Program-made: the position numbers and the translations under genes
Source of the DNA: an uncultured Gammaproteobacteria bacterium
Lineage (GTDB): Bacteria > Patescibacteriota > Patescibacteriia > UBA1558 > GWA2-36-10
Assembly: GCA_964394835.1 (NCBI GenBank)
Contig: CAYMZA010000003.1
Location: forward strand, 1 to 41,189
Direction: 5' to 3'
Length of the DNA: 41,189 bases
Notes under the pieces: model-generated
The model's input: the letters and a program-made list of their open reading frames with translations, nothing else
The model's database searches: none
Told to the model about the DNA's origin: nothing
In this document: positions 19,125-28,865 of the stretch, one piece after another
How the letters are laid out: every line of letters starts with the position of its first letter
Numbering within the stretch: position 1 is the first letter of the stretch

Positions 19125-20030
19125 TTAATTTAATTTACCAGCTCCTAATGGATTATATCCATTTAACACTTCTTCACTATCTGAATACCCGTCTCCATCT
19201 GTATCTTCATTTAAAGGATCTGTTTTCCAAATAGTAACTTCATTATAGTCCGAAAGACTATCATTATCTGAGTCTGAAGACAGTGGATTGGTTCCGTATC
19301 TTTTAACTTCTTCTCTATCAAATAACTCATCATTATCTGAATCAACATCTAATGGATCAGTACCCAACTCTTCTTCTTCACCATTACTTAAACCATCTGA
19401 ATCATCATCAATATCATATTTATCAATTTCTGGAATAACTGGCTTTTCATTAGTATTAACATTAATATTAATGTTACTATTAACATCATCTTCTGTTTCA
19501 CTTGAAGTTAATGCATATATTACAGTTGAAAGAATAAGTAGTATTATAACTACAGCAATAACTATAATAATCTTTTTTCCACCGCCAGAATTATCGCTAG
19601 CACTAATAATAATACCCTCTTTTGTAGTTAAAGGTTGTGGACTTTGAGGAGGTGCTTGTCCTTGAGTAGGAATATTTGTTTTTAATATTGGTGTTATTTT
19701 ACCTGATTGTATAGCGCTGTTTTGTTGAGAATCAGACTCTGAAATTGGATCTAAGCTAGCAAACATATCATCTACTTCTTTTTTTTGATTAATACTTTCC
19801 GTTTTTTGAATAGGATTGGACATCTCTTTATCATCTGGAGGTGAAGTAGGTTGTGGTATAACAGGAGCGGACTTAGTTTGCACTGGCTCTTGTTTTACTG
19901 GCTCCGGTGTATTATTAACTACTGGAGGTGCAGTAGGTTGCGATGTAGACGGTATAGTATTATTACTATCACCTACCGAAGTATTAGTCACTCCTGTTGA
20001 TTGTTGATTTTGTTTTAAGTCGTTAAACAT
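19125..20030 (-). CDS. Bitopic protein with P/T/Q-rich disordered N-terminus and bacterial TSP3-like repeats
   Basis: Four DxDxDxLxDxxE...TxP repeats after a single TM helix. Confidence 0.8.
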   Translation of the reverse strand: MFNDLKQNQQSTGVTNTSVGDSNNTIPSTSQPTAPPVVNNTPEPVKQEPVQTKSAPVIPQPTSPPDDKEMSNPIQKTESINQKKEVDDMFASLDPISESDSQQNSAIQSGKITPILKTNIPTQGQAPPQSPQPLTTKEGIIISASDNSGGGKKIIIVIAVVIILLILSTVIYALTSSETEDDVNSNININVNTNEKPVIPEIDKYDIDDDSDGLSNGEEEELGTDPLDVDSDNDELFDREEVKRYGTNPLSSDSDNDSLSDYNEVTIWKTDPLNEDTDGDGYSDSEEVLNGYNPLGAGKLN

Positions 20031-20054
20031 AATATATTTTAATTTATTTTATAA

Positions 20055-23000
20055 TTAAGGAAGTGTACAATCCATATACCCATCTCTATCTCCATCACAA
20101 AATGCAGCATCTAAAACTTCTTCTATATTATCTGCCCATAGCCCTGCAATAACACTTGTGTTATCCTGAACTTCTGCTTGAGTATTCTCTATATATAGAC
20201 CACCAGTATCTATAGCAATATTTCTAGCAGCATTAGCACCAAGTGTTTTAGATGGACTTAACCAAATAGGATTAATATGTACTGGCGGATTAGCAGCATT
20301 ACACGCTTCTACTGCTTCTACTAAACCCTCAACGTGAGCACCAGCTACACCATCTGCAGCATCGTACGTGTTTGTACCTATAATATAATCATCATAATCA
20401 TTTATCGCATCACCACACCACATACCCTCATCAGTAATAGGTATTAAAACTCTTTGATAACCTGCCAACCAATTATAGTCTTCAGCTAATACTTTCATAG
20501 CATAAGCAGTATGCTCTGTTCTGTCTATGCTTTCACCATAACAATACCCAGGATCTGATTCATCTGCCCATTCTAGATTAATATTAATATTATTAGTAGT
20601 ATTATCCCAAAAATTAAAATAATCTACATCTTCTGTTTCGTATAAAGCAGAGCAATTACTAATTAAATTGCTATAAACATTACCAGTAGCCCAAACATCA
20701 TCACCAGAATCTAATGGCATAATATGTAATTTATAAGTAATATCTGAATCAATGCTTAATCTATTATTAACAGTTATTAAAGCATTACATATTGCAAGAG
20801 CAGCAGCATTCATACTACCAGACATATCAAAAGGAATAATAATTTCTACCTTTTTTTCTAATTTAAGAGTTGTTGGAACTCCAGTATCACAGGCCTCATA
20901 ACCATTAAAAGTTTCAAGAGTACCATCTTGTATAATACCATCACCACAATACCCTCCTGTATTTATACACATATCACACTGATATTGGTTATGCTCATTT
21001 GAATACTTAGGAGGAGAAGGAATAGACCAACCTAATATTTCACATGTTTCTCCATATGTAGTTTCTGCTGGCCCACCATCACCACAATACCCCCCAGCTG
21101 AAATCTCACATTTTTGTGTTCCCGTGGTTTGACATTCGTATCTACGACTTGGACTAGATTCTTGTGGTGTTGGACGACTTGGATAGTTTACTCCATCGCA
21201 TAATTCCTCATCAGCGCCATACGAATCAATATCACCATTACCACAATATCCTCCTGTGGTAATTTCACAATTTTGAGCACACTGATATTGATTATTTATA
21301 TCGGAGATACCTGGATTTGGAAAACTATAATCAGAGCCATCACATCTCTCGTCTGCATCTATTGTTGGATTACCATAAGGATCATTTGTGCCATCTTGAG
21401 ATATATTATCACCGCAATATCCACCAGCTGTTTTACTACACCTAAGTTCTATAGGATCAGAGCCAGTATTAGTACGACATTGATATTGACTCTCTGGATT
21501 ACCAATTGTTTCATGAGGTGCTGGCATAGGCCATCCTATATTATAATCACTTGTAGCTAAATCATAATCACATAATTCTTGAAAAGAATATTGATAAGTA
21601 GCATCACCACAATATTCATTAGTAAATGTACAATCATTATTACAACCATATGCATTATCTATAGAAGAATCATCCGGTAAAGGAATTGAGTAGTTATAGT
21701 AATCACATTCCTCTAACCCTGGGGGAGAATAACTTGCATCTTGTGTTATACCATCACCACATACTCCTTCGTATGCTGTACCAATAGTACATTCTCTAAA
21801 ACAAGAATTAGTGCAACTAATATCGCCATTTTCTGTACAATCCCAACCTTCTAAACCATTAGGAGTGCCAGTAGGATCACATTCTTCTGCTAATGGTGTA
21901 TATACATTATCTAAACAAGCAGAAGCTGGTAACCCATTAGTACAAATTGGTTGACAACTATCATCGATATTATTTGGGTCACTATCACAAGAATAAGGAC
22001 CAAGATTTTCACAATGATATGTTACTCCGTTATAAAATTCAATAGGACCAGGAAGGATCTCACATAATTCATAACCACCTTGAAATGTTTCATCGCCACA
22101 ATATCCTCCACACTCTACAGCTGTTGGTTCATACCAAGTACACTCTATTAAATTACCGCCAGCGTCAACAGTGCCAGCTGGATTGCAACCAACCCTTTGC
22201 TGATTCCACCATCCCAAATCCCCAGTACAACCATTGTCTAAATAATCTCCTGGCTCACACTCTTCATCATCAGTACCATCATCATCATAATCATCTATAG
22301 TTCCATTACCACAATATTCAGCAACTGTACCACCACCAGAAAAAATAGGTGTACCATTACAATATGCTACTAAATTTGATGATAAGTATGGTATATTATT
22401 AACACCACCCTCTGGACTTAAATTATTAGAAAAAGTAATACCGCCTTCATTATATTCAAAATCAGAAACTAAAGTGTAATCAAAAGGATTATTATTAGTA
22501 TTATCATATAAATATATCAATGAATTAACAGGACAAATAAATTCACCAGATACTTCATTCCAACATGTATTTGGATCTGCTCCTTCTGTATAACCATTAA
22601 ATAAATTAATTGGATCAACGGGCAAACTAATCCCTAGTACTGTACCTAATTCATCTGACCAAGAAGGCCATTTACTACTAGAAAGACCCCTAATAAAACT
22701 ACCAGCAGGTAACAAAGGATAATTATCTTTACAAGTTTCTCCAGCCAAACAGTCACTATTAGTAATACAAGGATTAGTAGGATGCATACTACAATATCTA
22801 TGATCTAATCCATATGAGTACAAAGAATTTTGTATTGAAATTAAATCACCTAAACGTTCTAGATCTCTACGTAACTCTAAACTATTTGATTCACAAACAT
22901 CTTCACCGGGACAATCAAAATCACTTGCACAATAAAGATGATCATTATCAACACATATATTATCATCCCTAGCTATATTAGTATTGAATTCTAATTCTTC

Positions 23001-26000
23001 TAATAATTGATTAAAAATATTAATAGTTGCAGCATTTGCACCTATATTATATGCAAGTAAATAAATATTTGTATGTAAATTAGAATTAGGATCACTTGCA
23101 TCTTCAATATTAACAGATGAAATATATACTGTATTACCAGCTCTATATGCTGGATAACCATCTATTAATATTTCTGCACCTGCCTCACCAGGATTAGGAG
23201 CATAAGTATTATACCAATCATATGCTGATAAATGTTCTTCGTTACTATATACTCTAATGCCTACAAAATTATCTGTATCTAAATTAACAATTGGGAACAT
23301 AAAATCTTGTAAAAGATTAGGATCTGTTAATGGATCTATTGGAATCTGAAGAGGTTCATCTGGTAAAGCAGGTAATGTTTCTCCACTAATCGTAAAATCA
23401 TCTACATAAAAGTTTGAACCATCTGCATCTGTAGGTGTATAACCCAAAGAATAACCTAATTCAAAATGTAAATTACCAGAACTATCTAATAATCTAGCTA
23501 CTTCATCATCAAAAATAAAATATCCCTCATATAATGTCCAATCATTATAAGTACCAGCCGGTATATCATAACCTAAGATTTGTTCTGTATAACAACGAGT
23601 TTGATATGGTTCATGTAAACAACAATAACCTGATTGATCTGCACACTCCTCATAAGGGCCACCATAAGCAGAACAATAAGTAGAAGCGCTACTAGAATCA
23701 TAAGATACGCATTGACTACCCCAACCTAAAGCATATGATAAACGAGGACGTATATAAGTATCGATGTCACCTTTGTAATAAAAATGTATAACATATTCTT
23801 CACCATATTTCCAATTTAAATTACCAACCTGATACGTTGCTCTAGTCCACATAGTCGTGTTATTGTACGGCCACGTAAAAGAATTACCTTCATTATATAC
23901 ATTACCACCTATGGTGCATTGATTACTTGACCATGTACAATTACTAGCGTGTCTATAACTACTAGGCCAAGAACCAGTACCATCACCCTCACACGCATCT
24001 TGAATACAAGTACCTGGATAAGCCTCATTAGGATCTTGATGCATTAATAAACTATGCGCTCCTGTCATTGCATCTAAACTACTAATTCCAACACTAGCAT
24101 GAGATTGACTATGGCTCTCCCAATTAATAGGCAAAGCTCCCACACTATCATCTTCAAATCCAGCTGTAACAACATTTTCAAAAACTCCTTCAGCATAATC
24201 CTTACAATACCTTGTTTTAAAATGCATATCATAACTAAATTCAAATGTATCAAAATCACTATAAAAATCAAAATAACCATCCGCATCATTAGGCCAAGGA
24301 TTTTCACAGAAAAATAAATCTATATTAGCACTAGCACTAGCAGACCCTAAACTTCCACCATCTATATTTACAGTAAGTACAGTTTGACCATTATCATTTT
24401 GGGATGTACCAGTAACTGTTTGTGCGTTATTATTAGTTAAAACAACTAAATTAGTATCATGTATATCCCATGAAAAAACAGGAGGAGGTATAGGTATAGG
24501 AGTTAAATTTAATAATGTACCAGCAACATCATATACTTCAGCTACAAAATCATTATCAAAATATGATTCATAATATGTATATGGACTAGGATCTATTAAA
24601 GCATAATTTATTTCACATAAATCAACTGCTGTATCAAAATCTTCAATAACACCTCTATTACCATTAATATTACCCACAATACTACCCGTAATATCCAATG
24701 TTAAACCATGTATACTTTCTACATTTTCATCTATAAATATAGTATAATTAGAAGAAATATTTAAATATGAAGAAGGATTAAATATTAACTGTGTTTCTAA
24801 ATCTCCATCTAAATCTCCATCTAAATCTTGAAATATATACGAACCACTAACTTCTTCCATTACACCAGCATTATCATAGTATATCTTAACATAATTACGA
24901 AGACTATTTCTATCCATTGTTTCTGTAAAATCCATAGATATAGCTGCATTAGGACATTCATTACTTCCATTAGGCTGTATATTTTCTACCCTTGGATTAT
25001 CATATGTAATACCAGGATCAATAACAGGTGTTAAAACATTTAATTCTCCAAATCCTGATTGCGTTACACCGCTCTGAACTGCTTCTGCTGTAATATGAAT
25101 ATTATTACCAACAAGTATACCAGTAGCTGTAGTATTTGAAAGATTATGATCAACCACACTAGCTACGGAAGAATCACTTGAATTCCAAGACCATATACAA
25201 GAAGTAGTTAAATCACATTGTATTGCTTGTCCACCAGGATAACAAGTACTAGTATTTGAATATGCTTGTGCTAAATAATCTATAGTATCATCAATATAAA
25301 TACTTTCATATATTGGACTTACAGCCACACTATCAACAATACAATTATCAGAACCAACTCCAAAAGTCCAAGAAAATTCACCACCATCTAGAGTATAACC
25401 ATAAATATTAGTTACATCACTTGATATAACTACATGATAATATTTATCAATAGGGAGAAGATTATGACTTAAAGACACGTGATATGCAGAAGGTATGGTC
25501 ACTTGTGAAGTGAAACTCGTTAGATTATCTGAATCATGAATAGCACAAGAAATATCAGTACAAGAATATATAGCGAAATTATTATTATTTAAAGTAGATG
25601 GGCTTATTTCAGTATTAAACTCAATCCAAACTTCTCCACTATCACAAGAATCTTCACAATCAGGACCATATCCTAATATTTCTAATCTTGGTGCCATTAT
25701 AATAGATTGCGAACTATCTGTAACACTATAATTTGTATTTTCAACCGTAATACCAACATAATTATCAGGAGTTAAATTCTCAGTAGAATTAGGACCAGCA
25801 GTTAAGGTTGTGTAACCTATATTAACACTGGAATTAGTAGCTGGAGCAATTGAGGCATAGGTATTGTTAGTCCCTAACCACCAACTATAATCATAGCTAC
25901 CACCACACATATTACAATTACTAGCATATGGTGAAGCATTAAAATCTCTGGTTTCATTAATATAGAGATTAGCATCATAACCCTGTGGGCTAACAATAAC

Positions 26001-28835
26001 ACTATCAACAACGCACATTATATCAGATGTTTTAAAATGCCATTCAAAATTAGGAGTTTCATCAGCTGGGCTCCACATTTCAGGTCCACTAGCTGCATGA
26101 AATGTACCCATCTCTACCATATACCAAGTGTTTGCACTAAGATCACTTATAGGGTTAAATACTAAACCCTCTGAATCACTACTATGATTAATAATTGTAA
26201 TATCACCGGAAACAGAAGAATCACTACATTCATTACTATTAAAAGGATCGCTAGCTCCAGTATTACATGTAAAAACTTGAAAATTATTAGCATCAAATAA
26301 ATCAGAATCATCTACATCACGAGTAAATAAAGCAACTAAATTTACATCCAATGAAGCATCTTCTGATTTATAACTATCTAAACCATCTGGCCAAGGAGAG
26401 GGTGTCTGTATATCATTGGAACAAGTATAATTAAATTTTAAACCAAATGGTATTTCAGGATCTACTGGTCCTACTCCAGTAGTAATATCCCAAGAATATT
26501 GACAAGAATTAGAGCCAAGAGAACAATCATTAGAACAATAATCCCCAGTATTACCAGGGCAACAATATAATCCTAAACCAGAGGAGTTACAATATGCATC
26601 ATTTGGACAAGAACCAACATTAAACATCATATTATTACTATCAACACTATCATTACGTATAATTTCAGCTTCTCCACTCATAGCATCAGTAGGAACTTTA
26701 GAATTTAAAACTTGATTATCATTCCAAATAACGCTAGATAAATCTGCACTTTCATTTTGACGAAACAGAATATCACTACTACCTAATGTATAACTACCAA
26801 AATATTCTCCATAAAAATTAACCTCCATGCCTTCAGGGCCATTATTTGGTTGCATTGAACAAATACCAGGACTAGGAATACCAGAGGTAATATTAAAAGA
26901 ATCATCATATGTATCGCTCTCTTCTCCATCATTACCTCTTATAATATATATATCATAATTAGTGCTAATACTAACTGCAGACGGAACCTTTGCTACAATA
27001 CTACTTTCTTGCCAAAAATTATTACCACATACTGCAGGAAAATCAAAACTAGCACTATATTCATTAGTACCATCTGTAAATATAACATCACTAACTGATG
27101 GAACATAATATCCAAAATTAAATCCCATTATAGTCACATATTCATCTATTGGTCCAGATAAAGGAGATATATTAGATATAATTGGTAATCCCCCTGCTAA
27201 ATCTGTAGCTAAAAAAAGATAAGGATTACTAATATCATTGGTAGTAGTATCGTCTCCGTCTGTATCTACAGTTAAACTAATAAGCCCTTGAATTAATGGG
27301 ACATTAGAACTTATATTAAAAGAATTAGTATAAGTCATATTAGCATCAGCATCTCCAAAATCTACAGTACTAGCTGCTCCAAAATTAATACCATGAATAT
27401 CTATCAAATCATCATAAATACCCTGATCAGGATCAGCTAAACAAATACCAGCGCGATTTATACTGTTTGCATCAAACCACTCTGTATTACTAGTATCTCC
27501 ACCATCTGTCACTACATCAACCTCTCCATCAATAACACCTGCTGGTACACCTATAATAATATGATCATCAAACCAATAATCATTAGTACAATCTGCATTT
27601 AAAGTATCAGGACTAAGACCATTAAGAAGAGCAGAGGGACCAGTAAAACGTACATAACCAGGATCATCACCAAAGCCAGAGCCAAAAACAGTTATTAGAT
27701 TATTAGCAGCTCCATTATCAGGAGATAAAGAAGTAATATGTGGACCGGATCCAGTACTCTCAATACAAGCATCAGGCATACTACAAACATCATCTGAGCA
27801 ACAACCTGAAACACAATCACTATCAGTACTACAATCTACTAAGAAATACATTTCATCTGAACTACCACTTGCATTTGTAACAATAATGTCACTAGATATA
27901 GCTTGACTATGAATAGTGGTGTCTATAATATCTCCATCAGGATCTTCTGTCCAACTATCAATAGTTAAAAATTGCTGAAACTCCGCACTTCCATTATGCG
28001 CTGTCATAGCAACGCTACTAGAACCAACTACAAAACCCTCAAAATTAATTCCACATATTTCTACACTCTGATCTACTGCTCCTCGTTCAGGAGTAATAGA
28101 TGCTATATTTAAACCAGGTGCTCCATCATGCACAACAAAAGATCCAGTATCTACATTAGACGGAGTATTATTATCAGTAACTTCTACAACCGAAGATCCA
28201 ATACCTACAGTTGGAACTTTAACTATAATCTTTCTATCATCCCAAAGTGGGTCAGAACCACCACATGAAACCACTTCTGCTACAACACCATCAAAAGTAA
28301 CAGTACCCATATCACTACCAAAGTTACAACCTCTGATATTAGCATAACTACCAACAGTACCACCACTCATAGGTCTAATTCTACAAATCTCTAATTCAGT
28401 TTGGCCACTTTCACAACAAAATGTATGTGGATCAGGATATACTATTGTAGATCCTCCACCACCAGTAGCCCCAGTAGCATCTGATAATTTATTCAAAAGA
28501 AAACGAGAAATAACATATGCTGATGATATTATAGATAGACCAATAACTGCATTTATTATAAGCATTTTAGCTTTTTTAACCTGTTCTTCATTACCCTTAG
28601 AAGTCATCCAAAGAAAACCACCGTATATAATTAAAACTACTGCTATTATACCTAATAATCCTAAAAATATATTAATAATACTAGCTGCAATCTCAGTAAC
28701 ACTTTTAGTACCTAAAGCTATACCTTCATTACCTAAAACATTACTACCAAAAACGTCTTCTTGGGCCAAAGCCTTAGGTACAAGCACTAACCAAGAAAAA
28801 AAACTAATAGCTAAGGTGTATAAAACTTTTTTCAT
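20055..28835 (-). CDS. Giant (2926 aa) pilin-anchored multidomain adhesin
   Basis: Signal peptide; TrbC/VirB2-like pilin segment (IIYGGFLWMTSKGNEEQVKKAK..NAVIGL); about 6 IPT/TIG repeats; Big_5/Big_2-like Ig domains; CBM-like domain; about 9 CG(D/N)..ExC repeats; C-terminal vWA (FDMSGSM..ITDE). Confidence 0.85.
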   Translation of the reverse strand: MKKVLYTLAISFFSWLVLVPKALAQEDVFGSNVLGNEGIALGTKSVTEIAASIINIFLGLLGIIAVVLIIYGGFLWMTSKGNEEQVKKAKMLIINAVIGLSIISSAYVISRFLLNKLSDATGATGGGGSTIVYPDPHTFCCESGQTELEICRIRPMSGGTVGSYANIRGCNFGSDMGTVTFDGVVAEVVSCGGSDPLWDDRKIIVKVPTVGIGSSVVEVTDNNTPSNVDTGSFVVHDGAPGLNIASITPERGAVDQSVEICGINFEGFVVGSSSVAMTAHNGSAEFQQFLTIDSWTEDPDGDIIDTTIHSQAISSDIIVTNASGSSDEMYFLVDCSTDSDCVSGCCSDDVCSMPDACIESTGSGPHITSLSPDNGAANNLITVFGSGFGDDPGYVRFTGPSALLNGLSPDTLNADCTNDYWFDDHIIIGVPAGVIDGEVDVVTDGGDTSNTEWFDANSINRAGICLADPDQGIYDDLIDIHGINFGAASTVDFGDADANMTYTNSFNISSNVPLIQGLISLTVDTDGDDTTTNDISNPYLFLATDLAGGLPIISNISPLSGPIDEYVTIMGFNFGYYVPSVSDVIFTDGTNEYSASFDFPAVCGNNFWQESSIVAKVPSAVSISTNYDIYIIRGNDGEESDTYDDSFNITSGIPSPGICSMQPNNGPEGMEVNFYGEYFGSYTLGSSDILFRQNESADLSSVIWNDNQVLNSKVPTDAMSGEAEIIRNDSVDSNNMMFNVGSCPNDAYCNSSGLGLYCCPGNTGDYCSNDCSLGSNSCQYSWDITTGVGPVDPEIPFGLKFNYTCSNDIQTPSPWPDGLDSYKSEDASLDVNLVALFTRDVDDSDLFDANNFQVFTCNTGASDPFNSNECSDSSVSGDITIINHSSDSEGLVFNPISDLSANTWYMVEMGTFHAASGPEMWSPADETPNFEWHFKTSDIMCVVDSVIVSPQGYDANLYINETRDFNASPYASNCNMCGGSYDYSWWLGTNNTYASIAPATNSSVNIGYTTLTAGPNSTENLTPDNYVGITVENTNYSVTDSSQSIIMAPRLEILGYGPDCEDSCDSGEVWIEFNTEISPSTLNNNNFAIYSCTDISCAIHDSDNLTSFTSQVTIPSAYHVSLSHNLLPIDKYYHVVISSDVTNIYGYTLDGGEFSWTFGVGSDNCIVDSVAVSPIYESIYIDDTIDYLAQAYSNTSTCYPGGQAIQCDLTTSCIWSWNSSDSSVASVVDHNLSNTTATGILVGNNIHITAEAVQSGVTQSGFGELNVLTPVIDPGITYDNPRVENIQPNGSNECPNAAISMDFTETMDRNSLRNYVKIYYDNAGVMEEVSGSYIFQDLDGDLDGDLETQLIFNPSSYLNISSNYTIFIDENVESIHGLTLDITGSIVGNINGNRGVIEDFDTAVDLCEINYALIDPSPYTYYESYFDNDFVAEVYDVAGTLLNLTPIPIPPPVFSWDIHDTNLVVLTNNNAQTVTGTSQNDNGQTVLTVNIDGGSLGSASASANIDLFFCENPWPNDADGYFDFYSDFDTFEFSYDMHFKTRYCKDYAEGVFENVVTAGFEDDSVGALPINWESHSQSHASVGISSLDAMTGAHSLLMHQDPNEAYPGTCIQDACEGDGTGSWPSSYRHASNCTWSSNQCTIGGNVYNEGNSFTWPYNNTTMWTRATYQVGNLNWKYGEEYVIHFYYKGDIDTYIRPRLSYALGWGSQCVSYDSSSASTYCSAYGGPYEECADQSGYCCLHEPYQTRCYTEQILGYDIPAGTYNDWTLYEGYFIFDDEVARLLDSSGNLHFELGYSLGYTPTDADGSNFYVDDFTISGETLPALPDEPLQIPIDPLTDPNLLQDFMFPIVNLDTDNFVGIRVYSNEEHLSAYDWYNTYAPNPGEAGAEILIDGYPAYRAGNTVYISSVNIEDASDPNSNLHTNIYLLAYNIGANAATINIFNQLLEELEFNTNIARDDNICVDNDHLYCASDFDCPGEDVCESNSLELRRDLERLGDLISIQNSLYSYGLDHRYCSMHPTNPCITNSDCLAGETCKDNYPLLPAGSFIRGLSSSKWPSWSDELGTVLGISLPVDPINLFNGYTEGADPNTCWNEVSGEFICPVNSLIYLYDNTNNNPFDYTLVSDFEYNEGGITFSNNLSPEGGVNNIPYLSSNLVAYCNGTPIFSGGGTVAEYCGNGTIDDYDDDGTDDEECEPGDYLDNGCTGDLGWWNQQRVGCNPAGTVDAGGNLIECTWYEPTAVECGGYCGDETFQGGYELCEILPGPIEFYNGVTYHCENLGPYSCDSDPNNIDDSCQPICTNGLPASACLDNVYTPLAEECDPTGTPNGLEGWDCTENGDISCTNSCFRECTIGTAYEGVCGDGITQDASYSPPGLEECDYYNYSIPLPDDSSIDNAYGCNNDCTFTNEYCGDATYQYSFQELCDYDLATSDYNIGWPMPAPHETIGNPESQYQCRTNTGSDPIELRCSKTAGGYCGDNISQDGTNDPYGNPTIDADERCDGSDYSFPNPGISDINNQYQCAQNCEITTGGYCGNGDIDSYGADEELCDGVNYPSRPTPQESSPSRRYECQTTGTQKCEISAGGYCGDGGPAETTYGETCEILGWSIPSPPKYSNEHNQYQCDMCINTGGYCGDGIIQDGTLETFNGYEACDTGVPTTLKLEKKVEIIIPFDMSGSMNAAALAICNALITVNNRLSIDSDITYKLHIMPLDSGDDVWATGNVYSNLISNCSALYETEDVDYFNFWDNTTNNININLEWADESDPGYCYGESIDRTEHTAYAMKVLAEDYNWLAGYQRVLIPITDEGMWCGDAINDYDDYIIGTNTYDAADGVAGAHVEGLVEAVEACNAANPPVHINPIWLSPSKTLGANAARNIAIDTGGLYIENTQAEVQDNTSVIAGLWADNIEEVLDAAFCDGDRDGYMDCTLP
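24796..24828 (-). repeat. 12-bp tandem repeat (about 2.7 copies) encoding DLDGDLDGDLE
   Basis: TCTAAATCTCCA x2 plus a partial copy. Confidence 0.7.
28501..28680 (-). repeat. Pilin-coding direct repeat, copy in the giant gene
   Basis: 28556-28625 (70 bp) and 28648-28680 (33 bp) are identical to 30122-30191 and 30214-30246. Confidence 0.9.
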
Positions 28836-28865
28836 ATTATATTATTAATATATTTTATATAATTA

